Origin: Thermodesulfobacteriota bacterium
GTDB lineage: Bacteria > Desulfobacterota > Desulfobulbia > Desulfobulbales > SURF-16
DNA: 45,945 nucleotides
Direction: 5' to 3'
Assembly: GCA_040755455.1 (NCBI GenBank)
Contig: JBFMAY010000035.1
Location: 1-45,945, forward strand
Shown: positions 23,656 to 33,893 of the stretch, piece by piece
How the letters are laid out: every line of letters begins with the position of its first letter
Numbering within the stretch: the first letter of the stretch is position 1
Notes under the pieces: generated by a model
Seen by the model: only the letters and a program-made list of their open reading frames with translations
Database searches by the model: none
Told to the model about the DNA's origin: nothing
Position numbers and translations under genes: made by a program

Positions 23656-26204
23656 GAAGCGCCGGCCATAACCGACCTTCGCCGCCGGCCGAGGCCCTGG
23701 CCGCGCTCACCATCTCCGCCACCCTGCCTGAGCTGCGCCAGGCCCTGGCCAACGGCTCGGCGGTGCTCGCCGCCCCGCCCGGCTCCGGCAAAACCACCGG
23801 CGTGCCCCTGGCCCTGCTTGACGAACCATGGCTTAGCGGTAAAAAAATTCTCATGCTGGAGCCCCGGCGGCTCGCGGCCCGGGCCGCCGCGTCGCGCATG
23901 AGCCGTCTACTCGGTGAACCGATCGGCCAGACGGTGGGCTATCAGATCCGCTTTGACCGCTGCATTTCCCCGGCCACCCGCATCGAGGTCCTCACCGAGG
24001 GGATACTGACCCGCCGCATCCAGCATGACCCGGAGCTCTCCGGGGTGGGACTGGTCATCTTTGACGAATACCACGAACGCTCCATCCATGCCGATCTGGC
24101 CCTGGCCCTGTGCCTTGACCTCCGCCAGCTGCGCGATGACCTGCGCCTGCTGGTCATGTCCGCCACCCTGGATGCCGGGCCGGTGGCGGGGCTGCTCGGC
24201 AATGCGCCGCTGATCACCGGACATGGCCGCAGTTTTCCGGTGACAACCGACTATCTCGACCACGAACCGGCCGGCAGGATCGCCGCGATCACGGTGCAGG
24301 GCATCAGGCGGGTGCTGACCCAGCGGCAAGGTGACATCCTGGCCTTTCTGCCCGGCGCGGGGGAAATCCGGGAGGCCGGGGATCTGCTGGCAGAGCAACA
24401 AAACGACAGAACCATCATCCTGCCCCTGTACGGCAACCTCAGCCAGCAGGAACAGGACCTGGCCATCATGCCTGATCCGGCCGGCAGGCGGCGGGTGATC
24501 CTGGCCACCTCCATTGCCGAGACCAGTCTCACCATTGAAGGCATCGAAACGGTGGTTGACAGCGGCTGGTCCCGACTGCCGCGCTTTCAACCGGCCAGCG
24601 GCATGAGCAGGCTGGAAACGGTGCGGGTGTCGAGGGCCGCGGCCCGCCAGCGGGCAGGCCGGGCCGGCCGCCTGGGGCCGGGCCATTGCCTGCGGCTGTG
24701 GACCAGGCACCAACACCACGGCCTGGTGCCCTTTCATCCGCCGGAGATCCGCGCCGCGGACCTGGCCCCCCTGGCCCTGGAACTGGCCCTGTGGGGGGTG
24801 AGCGGCCCCGGCGAGCTGCTCTGGCTGGACCCGCCGCCTGAGGCGGCCTACGCCGCGGCCCGGGAGCTGCTCATCTCTCTTGCCGCCCTTGACCAGGCGG
24901 GCCGCATCACCGCAGAGGGCAAACGGCTGACCGCACTCCCCCTGCATCCTCGGCTTGCCCACATGCTGGTCATGGCCCAGGATCTGGGCCAGGGGGCCCT
25001 GGCCTGCGATGTGGCGGCGCTGGTTACTGAACGTGATGTGGTCAGACCATCGGCCATGGCGGCCAGCACCGATCTGCACCAGCGGCTGACAATGCTTACC
25101 CTCTACCGCCGCCACGGACCGGCGGCGGTCAGGGAACGGGGCGGCGATGTCCAGGCCTGCCAGCGGGTAGATCAGCTGGCCGGGCAGTGGCGGCAGATGC
25201 TGCACTATGGGGACAAGGGATATGATGAGGAGATGGCGGGTGTGGTGCTGGCCTTTGCCTACCCGGACCGCATAGCCGCCCGTAGGCCGGGTCAGCGGGA
25301 GCGCTTCCAGCTGGCCGGGGGCCGCGGCGCCTTCCTGCCCCCCGGCGATCCCCTGGCGGCCAGCCACTATCTGGTGGCGGCCCAGCTTGACGCGGGCCGC
25401 AAAGAAGGACGCATCTTCCTGGCCGCCCAGGTCGACCCGGCTGAACTCAGATCCTGCCAGCCGGGACTTTTCCACTGGCGGGAAGAGGTCGGCTGGGATG
25501 ATGCGCAGCAACGGGTTACGGCCCTGCGCCGGCAATATCTGGGCAATCTGGTGATCAGCGAGCTGAACCTGCCCAAGGCTGATGCAGAGCAGATCCTGCA
25601 GGCCATGACTGAAGGCATACGCAGGATGGGGCTTGACGCGCTGCCGTGGAGCCCGGAGGCCCGCCGGTTACAGGCCCGCATCAACTGCTTGCGGGAGTGG
25701 CAGCAGGAAGGCAACTGGCCCTGTCTGGAAGACGGGCATCTGCTGGCGGATCTCGGCTGGCTCGCCCCGTATCTCGGGGGCATCACACGGCGGGACCAGC
25801 TCAGACAGCTTGATCTCACCGCCATCTTCAGCGCCATGCTCTCCTATCAGCAGCGCCAGGAACTTGAGCAGGCGGCCCCGGACCGGCTGGAGGTGCCCAG
25901 CGGCTCCCGCATCCGCATCGACTACCGGCCCGGAGAAGCGCCGGTGCTGGCCGTGCGGCTGCAGGAGATGTTCGGCCTGCAGCAGACCCCGGCCATCTGC
26001 CACGGCAGGATCAAGCTGCTGCTGCACCTGCTCTCCCCGGCCCGGCGGCCCATGCAGATCACCGCTGATCTGGCCGGTTTCTGGCAGCGCTCCTACCCGG
26101 AGGTCAAGAAGGAACTCAAGGGAAAATACCCGAAACACCACTGGCCGGATGATCCCCTGGCCGCCCCGCCCACGGCAAGGACGAAGAAACGTTCCAGCGA
26201 TTAA
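23652..26204 (+). CDS. hrpB: ATP-dependent helicase HrpB
   Basis: APPGSGKTT, LEPRRLAARAAA, DEYHERS, ATSIAETSLTIEG, QRAGRAGR, VRLQEMFG, YPEVKKELKGKYPKHHWPDDP; GTG overlaps the upstream stop. Confidence 0.95.
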   Translation: MRSAGHNRPSPPAEALAALTISATLPELRQALANGSAVLAAPPGSGKTTGVPLALLDEPWLSGKKILMLEPRRLAARAAASRMSRLLGEPIGQTVGYQIRFDRCISPATRIEVLTEGILTRRIQHDPELSGVGLVIFDEYHERSIHADLALALCLDLRQLRDDLRLLVMSATLDAGPVAGLLGNAPLITGHGRSFPVTTDYLDHEPAGRIAAITVQGIRRVLTQRQGDILAFLPGAGEIREAGDLLAEQQNDRTIILPLYGNLSQQEQDLAIMPDPAGRRRVILATSIAETSLTIEGIETVVDSGWSRLPRFQPASGMSRLETVRVSRAAARQRAGRAGRLGPGHCLRLWTRHQHHGLVPFHPPEIRAADLAPLALELALWGVSGPGELLWLDPPPEAAYAAARELLISLAALDQAGRITAEGKRLTALPLHPRLAHMLVMAQDLGQGALACDVAALVTERDVVRPSAMAASTDLHQRLTMLTLYRRHGPAAVRERGGDVQACQRVDQLAGQWRQMLHYGDKGYDEEMAGVVLAFAYPDRIAARRPGQRERFQLAGGRGAFLPPGDPLAASHYLVAAQLDAGRKEGRIFLAAQVDPAELRSCQPGLFHWREEVGWDDAQQRVTALRRQYLGNLVISELNLPKADAEQILQAMTEGIRRMGLDALPWSPEARRLQARINCLREWQQEGNWPCLEDGHLLADLGWLAPYLGGITRRDQLRQLDLTAIFSAMLSYQQRQELEQAAPDRLEVPSGSRIRIDYRPGEAPVLAVRLQEMFGLQQTPAICHGRIKLLLHLLSPARRPMQITADLAGFWQRSYPEVKKELKGKYPKHHWPDDPLAAPPTARTKKRSSD

Positions 26205-26257
26205 GTGTTCCAACGTTCAAACGTTTAAGCGCTTAAGCGTTGAAACGCTGAAACGTG
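26190..26257. repeat. Degenerate 8-bp tandem repeat cluster 8
   Basis: cgttccag cgattaag tgttccaa cgttcaaa cgtttaag cgcttaag cgttgaaa cgctgaaa cgtg; overlaps the last hrpB codons and its stop. Confidence 0.85.
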
Positions 26258-26261
26258 TCCG

Positions 26262-29200
26262 TCACAGCTGGACGTCGAAATCAAGCACCGCATCGGGCAA
26301 CAGAAATACCGGCCGCAGGGCCTTGACCTTCAGTTTGCGCCCGTGCTCCTTGTACAGCAGGCTGATCTTGATATCATCCACCTTGTGCACCTCCTGGCCG
26401 TCCAGGGCCAGGATCACATCGCCCTTTTTCATGCCGGCCGCCTCTGCCCCGCTGTTGGGCGCAAAGCCGTCAATGGTGGGACCACTCTCCTTTTCAGCCA
26501 GCATGACCCCCAGCAGCGGCGACGGCGGCAGATCCACCTGCTCCGAGAAAAAAACATAATCCGCCTCGCTGGGCGTCAGGTCCCCCTGCCGCACATTGAC
26601 CATCACCGTCTGTTTGACGGGAAGCCGTCTCGCCACCCGGGGGGGGATGGCATTTTCCTTCACCACATGGCCTGAACCAGCAATGACGATCATCTTGGCG
26701 GTCGAATGGGAGGTGAGATAACCGGCGATGGTTTCGGCCATGGTTTCATCCCACAGCACCTGGGACTGGACGAAGTTTGTCATTTTTTTGTCATTGGCAT
26801 CAAAATGCGGGCCGCTGTGGCTCTGAAAGACCTGGACCAGGCGCTGGCGGTAACCCGGCATGGTAAGATCGCGCTCTGCCGGCAGGCCTTCCTTGATTTC
26901 CGGGGCCAGGCCGGCAATGCCACCCTCACGGAAGGTATCGCTGACAATGTCCTTATCCAGGTTCAGGGCAATGACCGGCAATTTGTGCTGCCGGGCATAC
27001 TGCAGGATATCCCGGTAATAACGGTAGTCATAGCCCCAGTTCTTGAAGTACTGGGCATCCTTGAGGAACTGCCGCTCGTCAATGTCACCCTGGATATAGG
27101 CGTCCAGGGCCGCCTGACTGCTGCGGTTAAACATCTCCATGCCCACGGCGACCTCAGGATGTCCCTGGTGGATGGCCTGCAGCACCCGGAACTGCAGCAG
27201 GTGATCAGCCTGATTCACATGTGTCTCCCCCACATACACCACCCGGCTGTCCGCTACGCTGTCCATGATGTCATCAAAGGCCAGGCTCTTTTCCACGGCA
27301 GCACCCCGAGGCGGCTGGTCGAGAATATACCCGATGCCGTAGTCGGACTCGGGCACCCTCTTTTCCGTGTTCCTGCCATCCTCGAAATGCAGGTAGCCAT
27401 ACTTGCCGTAATGGCCGAGTTTGCGGGCAACCGCCGCCACCTGCTCCTGGCTCTCAGCCTGCATCAGCACGGCAACCAGGCCCGGGGCCAGGGGATTCTC
27501 CCGCACCTCCAGGGTAAAGCCGCTGGCCGGGAAGGCCGGCCGGGCAAAAAGCCCCAGGCTGGCCTTGGACCCGGTACCCAGAAACAGCACATTTTTCACC
27601 CCCAGGTCCTGCTCGTTTAATTCACTTTCCGTGACAAGGGCACAGTCCATCTCGGCCAGCATGGGCCGCATGGCCGCAAATTTCTCTTCAGCGCCGTCCG
27701 CCAGCACGGCCATCTTCTCCGCCCCGCCCTGGAAGCGGGACCACACCGGCGGCACCTCGTCGGGCACCAGCCTGCGCATCAGATCATAATCAGGATCAAT
27801 CTCCATGGTGGACGGCATGGCGGCAAGACGCATGCTGACCGGGGTTTTAGCCTGGGTGACGGTAATGTCCTGCCGCACCGTCTCCTTGCCGCTGTTTACC
27901 TGCACCGGCACGGTGAACACATAGGGCGGGGTATTCTGCTGCACCAGATCAAAGGTCAGTTCCGGCGCGCCGTCTTTGAGCTCAATACTTAATTTCTGCA
28001 CGGTGAGCACCGGCACATCCGGCCGCAGCAGCCACTGATCGAAAAAACCGCTCAGATCAAGACCCGCGGCCTTATTGAAACTCTGCTTGATATCGTCCCA
28101 CGAGGCCTGGCTGAATTGATGCTGCTGGTAAAAATCCCGCAGGGCGGCGTAAAAAACCTCATCGCCGACTTTTTTGCGCAGCATGTGAAAAATCATGCTC
28201 ACCTTGTTATAACCCACCGCCCGGCTTGCCTGGCTGGCTATGCCGTGGTCGCCGGCATCCTTGAAATCGGCCGCACTCATGGTGTTATCCGGCCCCACAT
28301 GGCTCTGGTATTTGATCAACTGGCCCTTGCGGAAGTCTACCTCCTCCCCCTTGTCAGCGGCATATGCATGGTCGGCCAGATAGGTGGTCAGCCCCTCGCA
28401 CCAGTTGCCCAGCTCATGATTCGCCCCCACGGCATTGCCGAACCAGGAGTGCAGCACCTCATGGCCCAGCGATGTTTCCGTGATAAAAGGCAGCCGCACC
28501 ACACTCTGGCCGAGCAGGGTGAAGGTGGGCATGGCAAAGCCGGTGGGCAGCCGGTTTTCCACCACCGAGTACCGCTTGTAGGGATAGGGACCGATGAGTT
28601 TTTCGTAACGGGTCAGATAGTCTCTGGTCTTTGCCCCGTAAACCTGGGCGAACTCCTGGTCTTCCGGGAAAAAATAGGTGGCGATCACCGTGCCGCCGGC
28701 CATCTTCTCCTCCCGCACCTGATAGGGACCGGCAATGAAATGGACAAAGGACAGCGGCCGGCTGAAGGCAAACGTCACCTTTTTTGTCCTGCCCGACCCC
28801 TGATAAATAATCTCATCCGCCTCGGAAACCGCGGAAAAATCAGCGGGAATTTCGGCGGTGAGGCTGGTCAGCGCTGGCTGAAGGGGCAGAGGGTACCAGA
28901 GATCAAGCAGCACGATCCCCTGGCCGTCGATCATGGAGGTGGCAGAGGCGCCGGCCTCGATTTTTTTGCTAAAGGCTATCTCCACCGCCTGACTGCTGCC
29001 GGCCGCGGCAAAGGCCAGCAGGCCATCCGCGCCGATGCTCACCTCCTGCGGCGCGCCGTTTACCACAACGCTGCCGATCGCAAGGCCTTCGGTCTGCAGG
29101 GTGAGCGGCTCACCCGCTCCCAGGCTGAAGCGGCTGGTGCCGTTCAAGCGATGGGCGGCCGGGTCAAAGGAGACGGCAAGATCGACTCGCAGCTCCTCCA

Positions 29201-29294
29201 CGGCGGAGGCAGATCGTGCGGCAAACAGGGGAAAAAGGGAAAGGAAAAAAGCAAGCGACAGAAAAAATTCAGCGTAGCGGCAATCTGATTTCAT
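26262..29294 (-). CDS. Secreted M1-family metallopeptidase - ChaN-like - PDZ fusion protein
   Basis: Signal peptide; GPYPY, HEVLHSWFG...WCEGLTTY, VGYNK; ChaN-like VVYVGETH...HLLQ, VGMEMF, QVLWDETMA, IAGSGH; PDZ SGAEAAGMKKGDVILALDG. Confidence 0.88.
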   Translation of the reverse strand: MKSDCRYAEFFLSLAFFLSLFPLFAARSASAVEELRVDLAVSFDPAAHRLNGTSRFSLGAGEPLTLQTEGLAIGSVVVNGAPQEVSIGADGLLAFAAAGSSQAVEIAFSKKIEAGASATSMIDGQGIVLLDLWYPLPLQPALTSLTAEIPADFSAVSEADEIIYQGSGRTKKVTFAFSRPLSFVHFIAGPYQVREEKMAGGTVIATYFFPEDQEFAQVYGAKTRDYLTRYEKLIGPYPYKRYSVVENRLPTGFAMPTFTLLGQSVVRLPFITETSLGHEVLHSWFGNAVGANHELGNWCEGLTTYLADHAYAADKGEEVDFRKGQLIKYQSHVGPDNTMSAADFKDAGDHGIASQASRAVGYNKVSMIFHMLRKKVGDEVFYAALRDFYQQHQFSQASWDDIKQSFNKAAGLDLSGFFDQWLLRPDVPVLTVQKLSIELKDGAPELTFDLVQQNTPPYVFTVPVQVNSGKETVRQDITVTQAKTPVSMRLAAMPSTMEIDPDYDLMRRLVPDEVPPVWSRFQGGAEKMAVLADGAEEKFAAMRPMLAEMDCALVTESELNEQDLGVKNVLFLGTGSKASLGLFARPAFPASGFTLEVRENPLAPGLVAVLMQAESQEQVAAVARKLGHYGKYGYLHFEDGRNTEKRVPESDYGIGYILDQPPRGAAVEKSLAFDDIMDSVADSRVVYVGETHVNQADHLLQFRVLQAIHQGHPEVAVGMEMFNRSSQAALDAYIQGDIDERQFLKDAQYFKNWGYDYRYYRDILQYARQHKLPVIALNLDKDIVSDTFREGGIAGLAPEIKEGLPAERDLTMPGYRQRLVQVFQSHSGPHFDANDKKMTNFVQSQVLWDETMAETIAGYLTSHSTAKMIVIAGSGHVVKENAIPPRVARRLPVKQTVMVNVRQGDLTPSEADYVFFSEQVDLPPSPLLGVMLAEKESGPTIDGFAPNSGAEAAGMKKGDVILALDGQEVHKVDDIKISLLYKEHGRKLKVKALRPVFLLPDAVLDFDVQL

Positions 29295-29439
29295 TGCGAA
29301 AACCTTGTGTGGTTAATGTGAAAAGAAGGGCTGCGAAAAGAGAAAGTTATCCTCCGTTGATTTATCACATGGAGATGATTACAATCAATAATGTTCCACT
29401 TAAGTCAGAAAAACAACTTTGCGCAATACGGGAAAAGCA

Positions 29440-29790
29440 ATGGAAAATTTCAAAAATTCCTGGACACTGGAAATGGCCATGGCGGTGCTTGAAAACAAAA
29501 CCATTGACAGCAAAACCTGGTCTGAAGCCGTTGAATGGCTGCTGCTCTACGGTCCCCCCGAGATCAGGCAAGTGCTCGGCCAGGCCTCCCATACGGCAAC
29601 CAGCGTCTGTTATCCTGAACTGAAACCGACGGGGTACACGCCGGACGGTGAGCCCTGCTACCAGATAGATGATATCGCCGAATCCCTGGGTATCTCAAGG
29701 GAAGAGGCCATCGAAAAAATGACCGAACTGGAAGAGATACACGGTTTCCGTCACCTTTACGAGGACGAGGAAACATACAAAATCCAATAA
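29440..29790 (+). CDS. Hypothetical protein
   Basis: 116-aa ORF with plausible composition and an HTH-like C-terminal segment (IDDIAESLGISREEA). Confidence 0.7.
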   Translation: MENFKNSWTLEMAMAVLENKTIDSKTWSEAVEWLLLYGPPEIRQVLGQASHTATSVCYPELKPTGYTPDGEPCYQIDDIAESLGISREEAIEKMTELEEIHGFRHLYEDEETYKIQ

Positions 29791-29917
29791 CAGGGCACGG
29801 CACGGCGGCTGGTTTTTTCCACCTCGAAAATGACCCCGGCCAAAGTCTTCTGCCGGGAAACGACCCGGCCGTCGGCATGAACAATCACCCGCTCCATCCT
29901 GGCCGGCTGGACCCCTT

Positions 29918-31084
29918 TTATTTCTCCCCCAGCTCCGGGTACAGCTTTCTGGAACATTCCGGGCAGATGCTGTGACTGAATTCCGTTCCCGAGTGCTTGC
30001 CGAGATAGGCTTCCAACTGCTGCCAGTACCCCTTGTCGTCGCGGATTTTCTTGCATGACGAGCAGATGGGCAGAAAACCGCTCAAGGTCTTCACCTTGGC
30101 CAGGGCGTTCTCCAGCTCATGGATCAGCTCCTCGCGCTGGTCATAGAGTTTCTTGCGCTCGACGATATCCCGCTGGAGTTTGGTATTGGCCTCCATCAGG
30201 GCCAGGGTCCGTTCCGCCACCAGTTTTTCCAGGTCCGTCTGCTGCTTGACCAGCTGCGTCTCCGTCCTCTTGTGCTCGGTGATATCGTGCATGATGATGA
30301 TGACAAACCGCTGGCTCAGATCGGTGACCGCGACCATGTTCAGCAAAACCTGCCGGTCATGGATAAAAAGCGGCTTATCCACACCCTCAGTGACAAGCTC
30401 CGTGCCGACCTGCAGGAGCAGCTTTTCGATATAGGGCCGCTGCTCGGCGGAAAAGAAATTCGCCAATCCCTGGGAGAGCACCTTTTCTTCGGCAAGGCCA
30501 AGCAGTTTACAGGCAGCCTCATTGGCATAGACCACCTTGCCCTCCGGGGTCAGTTCGAAAAATGCGTCGGAAATGCGGTTAAGGGCGATTTCAAAGTGTT
30601 TTTTGGTGGCAAGAAGCTCTTTGGTGATCTCCCGCTCAAAGATAGTCGCCGAGCCGAGAATCTCCCCGGTCGGGTGAGATGGGCGCAGGGTGGCGGCCTG
30701 GGCCAGCACCTTTTGCACATGCTCCCTGATCTCCTTGAACGGTCCCTTGGCAATACAGGCATCAGCGCCGATTTTCTTGACATCGACCTGTTCCTCGGCG
30801 GCTATGGCTGAAAAAATAACGAGAAAAACACCCTCCATCTCCGGCAGGCTGCGCACAATGCGGCACAGCTTTTCCCCATTGATTTTCGGCATCACCAGAT
30901 CAACAAAGATCACATCAGGGAGAAAACGGCTGAGAATATCCAGGGCTTCCAGGCCGTCAACGGCGGTATAGACCTCGTAGCCCATCTCCTCCAGCATATG
31001 ACTCATCAAACGCAGGATGACCGTATTGTTATCCACCACCAGAATTTTTTTGATCTCTTTCGTGTCCATAGGGGTGCGATCCAT
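29918..31084 (-). CDS. Response regulator receiver - PAS protein with C-terminal Cys-rich motif
   Basis: KILVVDN, PDVIFVDLVMP; PAS VVYANEAACKLLG; C-terminal LPICSSCKKIRDDKGYW...SHSICPEC. Confidence 0.88.
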   Translation of the reverse strand: MDRTPMDTKEIKKILVVDNNTVILRLMSHMLEEMGYEVYTAVDGLEALDILSRFLPDVIFVDLVMPKINGEKLCRIVRSLPEMEGVFLVIFSAIAAEEQVDVKKIGADACIAKGPFKEIREHVQKVLAQAATLRPSHPTGEILGSATIFEREITKELLATKKHFEIALNRISDAFFELTPEGKVVYANEAACKLLGLAEEKVLSQGLANFFSAEQRPYIEKLLLQVGTELVTEGVDKPLFIHDRQVLLNMVAVTDLSQRFVIIIMHDITEHKRTETQLVKQQTDLEKLVAERTLALMEANTKLQRDIVERKKLYDQREELIHELENALAKVKTLSGFLPICSSCKKIRDDKGYWQQLEAYLGKHSGTEFSHSICPECSRKLYPELGEK

Positions 31085-31195
31085 CAGTGGGAGAGGTCCT
31101 CTCCTGCTTTTAGCGTTATTCCATGAAAAAACAGGGTCAGCATAGACAAATTGCCTGGTGCTGTCAATGATGAAGCCCTGCGTCGCAAAAAATGT

Positions 31196-32761
31196 CTACC
31201 GGCCGGTCAAGGCCTGCCCCGCCTGCCTTGTCTGGCCTTCACTTGTCACCCTGACGGCTGCCCTGCCGGGCAAGGGGCATTTGTTTTCACAGATGCCGCA
31301 GCCAATGCACAGCTCGTCAACCACAAAGGGCTGCAGCACGGTCACTGTTTCACCCCTGGCATTGACTACCGGCTGCGGCCGGAACTTGATGGCCTTGTCA
31401 GGGGTCGGGCAATGCTCTTCGCAGACAATACAGCCGATACCCTTGGCATAGGGCAGGCAGAGATTTTTGTCAAAAAACACCCGGCCGATGACCGCGGCGT
31501 GCTTGGCGGGCAGGGTCAGTTTCTTGATGGCCCCGCTGGGACATACCTGGCCGCACAGGGTGCAGTTATACTCGCAATAACCGATCCGGCTGCGCACCAG
31601 CGGGGTGAACATACCCTCAATGCCGGCCTCCAGAAAGGCGGAGTGCAGGGCATTGCCGATGCACACCTTCATGCACTCACCGCAGCGCACGCAGCGGCCG
31701 AGAAACTCCTCCTCCGGCAGGGCACCGGGCGGCCTGATCAGCAGGGGATCAGGCTGGCGGGCAAGCAGCCTGCTCTGCAGAAAAAGCGGCAGCAGCGCCC
31801 CCGTTGCCACGCTGCCGGCAAATGCCCGGCGGGACATGCCGTAGGAGCCGGCGGTTAATGGCGGACGCTGAAAGGAGAGATGAATCCTGTTGCGGGGACA
31901 GAGGGCCAGGCAATCAAGACAGAGGTTGCAATCCGCCGGGGAGATCCGCCGGTCTTCATCAATGGCGCCCATGCGGCAGATGGCGCGGCACAGCCGGCAC
32001 TTGCCGCACTGCTCATCTCCTCCCTGGGCCACGAGCCAGGAAAAACGGGAAACCAGGGCCAGCAGGCCGCCCAGGGGGCAGAGGTTCCGGCAGAAAAACC
32101 GCCGCTGCCAGTGATTCAGCACCAGGACCATGGCAAAGAGCAACAGGGAAAAGAGGCTCAGGGCATACACCTTGTGACTGAAGGGAAGGATGAATTTTTT
32201 CAGCAGCTCGTAGACCGGCTCAGTGGCGGCATTGACCCAGTCCGGGGCGTGCCGGTAAGTAAAGCCGAAGAAGGAGGAGACCGCAAAATCAAAGGCCGGG
32301 TACAGGGCAAAGGAAAAGGCGCGCACCAGCAGGGAAAAAGGGTCAAGGTAGCCGGCCATGGGCAGGCCCAGGCAGGCGGCGACTAGGATAAAGACCAGCA
32401 GATAGTATTTAATGGCGCGCAGATCATTGCCGGCCGGCCCCTTTGGCGGAGGGAGGAAATAAGCGCCGCCATCAACCACTGTCCCCATGGGGCAGATCCA
32501 GCCGCAGAAAGAGCGGCCGAAAACAAGGCTGAACAGCAGGGTAAAGAGCGCCGGCAGCATGAGGGCTACAATGGTCTTGCCCGCGAAAATGGCGGCCAGG
32601 GCGAGCAGCGGATCGATGCGGAAGAGAATATTGACGGCATACTCCAGCTCATCGGAGCCGGAATAATCCGTCTTGATGAACAGAAAGAGAAAAAGGGCAA
32701 AAAACAGCAGCTGGCTGAGCCTGCGCCACAGATAGGGCTGGATTTTCTTGTTGCGGACCAT
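31196..32761 (-). CDS. Membrane polyferredoxin / 4Fe-4S binding protein (NapH/MauN plus NapG/MauM-like)
   Basis: GRSFCGWICPMG, FFCRNLCPLG, several CxxCxxCxxxC motifs, IRPPGALPEEEFLGRCVRCGEC. Confidence 0.9.
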   Translation of the reverse strand: MVRNKKIQPYLWRRLSQLLFFALFLFLFIKTDYSGSDELEYAVNILFRIDPLLALAAIFAGKTIVALMLPALFTLLFSLVFGRSFCGWICPMGTVVDGGAYFLPPPKGPAGNDLRAIKYYLLVFILVAACLGLPMAGYLDPFSLLVRAFSFALYPAFDFAVSSFFGFTYRHAPDWVNAATEPVYELLKKFILPFSHKVYALSLFSLLLFAMVLVLNHWQRRFFCRNLCPLGGLLALVSRFSWLVAQGGDEQCGKCRLCRAICRMGAIDEDRRISPADCNLCLDCLALCPRNRIHLSFQRPPLTAGSYGMSRRAFAGSVATGALLPLFLQSRLLARQPDPLLIRPPGALPEEEFLGRCVRCGECMKVCIGNALHSAFLEAGIEGMFTPLVRSRIGYCEYNCTLCGQVCPSGAIKKLTLPAKHAAVIGRVFFDKNLCLPYAKGIGCIVCEEHCPTPDKAIKFRPQPVVNARGETVTVLQPFVVDELCIGCGICENKCPLPGRAAVRVTSEGQTRQAGQALTGR

Positions 32762-32768
32762 TGGCGGC

Positions 32769-33683
32769 TCAGGCGGTCAATACCTTGATCCTGGCCAGGT
32801 CCATCTCGCCCAGACCCATTTTATTGGCAGCCACGGTGGAATCGATGTCAGCCGGCTGCAGATCAAAGAGGGTGGTGGCATAGGCATCCGCAGCCACCGG
32901 GTCCGCGGAGGCGATCAGGGTGTCGAGCTGCTTCACATCCTTAAGATCGCCGCCCTGGGGGCCGTTGCGCAGCAGAATGCGAGTGGCGTCGATCACCGTG
33001 AGTTTCGGCCTGATGACCGTGGCCAGATCCGCCAGCTTCTGCCCGAGATCGTGATGCAGATCGCCCCGGTTGCCGCCGATCACCCCCATGCTGTTTTTCA
33101 ACCCCAGGGTCAACCGGCTCAGGCCATGGTGCTTGGCCACCGGCGCGTTGATGTAGCAGTCCGCATCCAGGGCATCCTTATAGATCTCCCAGTTGGTCAG
33201 CAATTTTCCCCGGACAATCTGCACCGGCACGAATTTACGGCTGTCCATATGGTCCATTTTCAGGCGCCGGTCATCAAGCCCGGCCAATGCCGCCTGGATA
33301 CCGCTGTTGGCATAGCAGCGCCGCGGCTCATTGCAGGAGCGGTCAAAAATCATCACCTTGCCCGCCCCGGCCTGCAGGGCCAGGTTGGCCAGGGCCATGA
33401 CCACCAGGGGATTGGTGTTGGCCGCCTGCTCGGGGCTTCTGTCCCAGCCCATGTTGGGCTTGATCACCACCCTGTCACCGGCCTTGACAAACTGGGCCAT
33501 TCCGCCAAGGGGGGCCAGCACCTGGGCGACCAGGGCGGTATAGTCCGCGCCCTTGGCAACAGAGAGCAGCGGCTGCGGTTTGTCGGCCGCCAGGGCGCTG
33601 GGGATGATGCGGAACTGGGGAATGGCCAGGGTTGCCCCGGCTGACCAGAGGAAAACATCCTTGATGAACTGACGCCTGTCCAT
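32769..33683 (-). CDS. DUF362-domain protein with Tat signal
   Basis: MDRRQFIK Tat motif; GDRVVIKPNMGWDR, INAPVAKHH, LTLGLKNSMG, DPVAADA. Confidence 0.9.
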   Translation of the reverse strand: MDRRQFIKDVFLWSAGATLAIPQFRIIPSALAADKPQPLLSVAKGADYTALVAQVLAPLGGMAQFVKAGDRVVIKPNMGWDRSPEQAANTNPLVVMALANLALQAGAGKVMIFDRSCNEPRRCYANSGIQAALAGLDDRRLKMDHMDSRKFVPVQIVRGKLLTNWEIYKDALDADCYINAPVAKHHGLSRLTLGLKNSMGVIGGNRGDLHHDLGQKLADLATVIRPKLTVIDATRILLRNGPQGGDLKDVKQLDTLIASADPVAADAYATTLFDLQPADIDSTVAANKMGLGEMDLARIKVLTA

Positions 33684-33709
33684 AAAATCCTCCTTGTGCT
33701 GTTATGCCG

Positions 33710-33753
33710 GTGCAGGGGCGGTTCGTGCAGGGGCAGTTCGCGAACCGCCCTAC
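33710..33753. repeat. REP-like palindrome with a duplicated left arm
   Basis: GTGCAGGGGCGGTTC GTGCAGGGGCAGTTC GCGAACCGCCCTAC; the minus strand reads GTAG followed by a hairpin. Confidence 0.72.
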
Positions 33754-33893
33754 GCCACCCTCATCGAAAACCGGCTTTATACGGGCCGCAATGACGCTGC
33801 AATCCGGTGATCGGTTACGAAGTCAGTTGTAACTGCCGCATATCATATCAAGGCCCAACGGGGAAAGCAATTCTCCTGTGCCGCAGGAACAGA

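Noticed and set aside
23907..25535. 542-aa minus-strand ORF (and similar long ORFs at 40903-42249, 28116-29288, 38059-39108)
   Set aside because: Antisense shadows of well-supported genes in GC-rich DNA, with no recognisable motifs.
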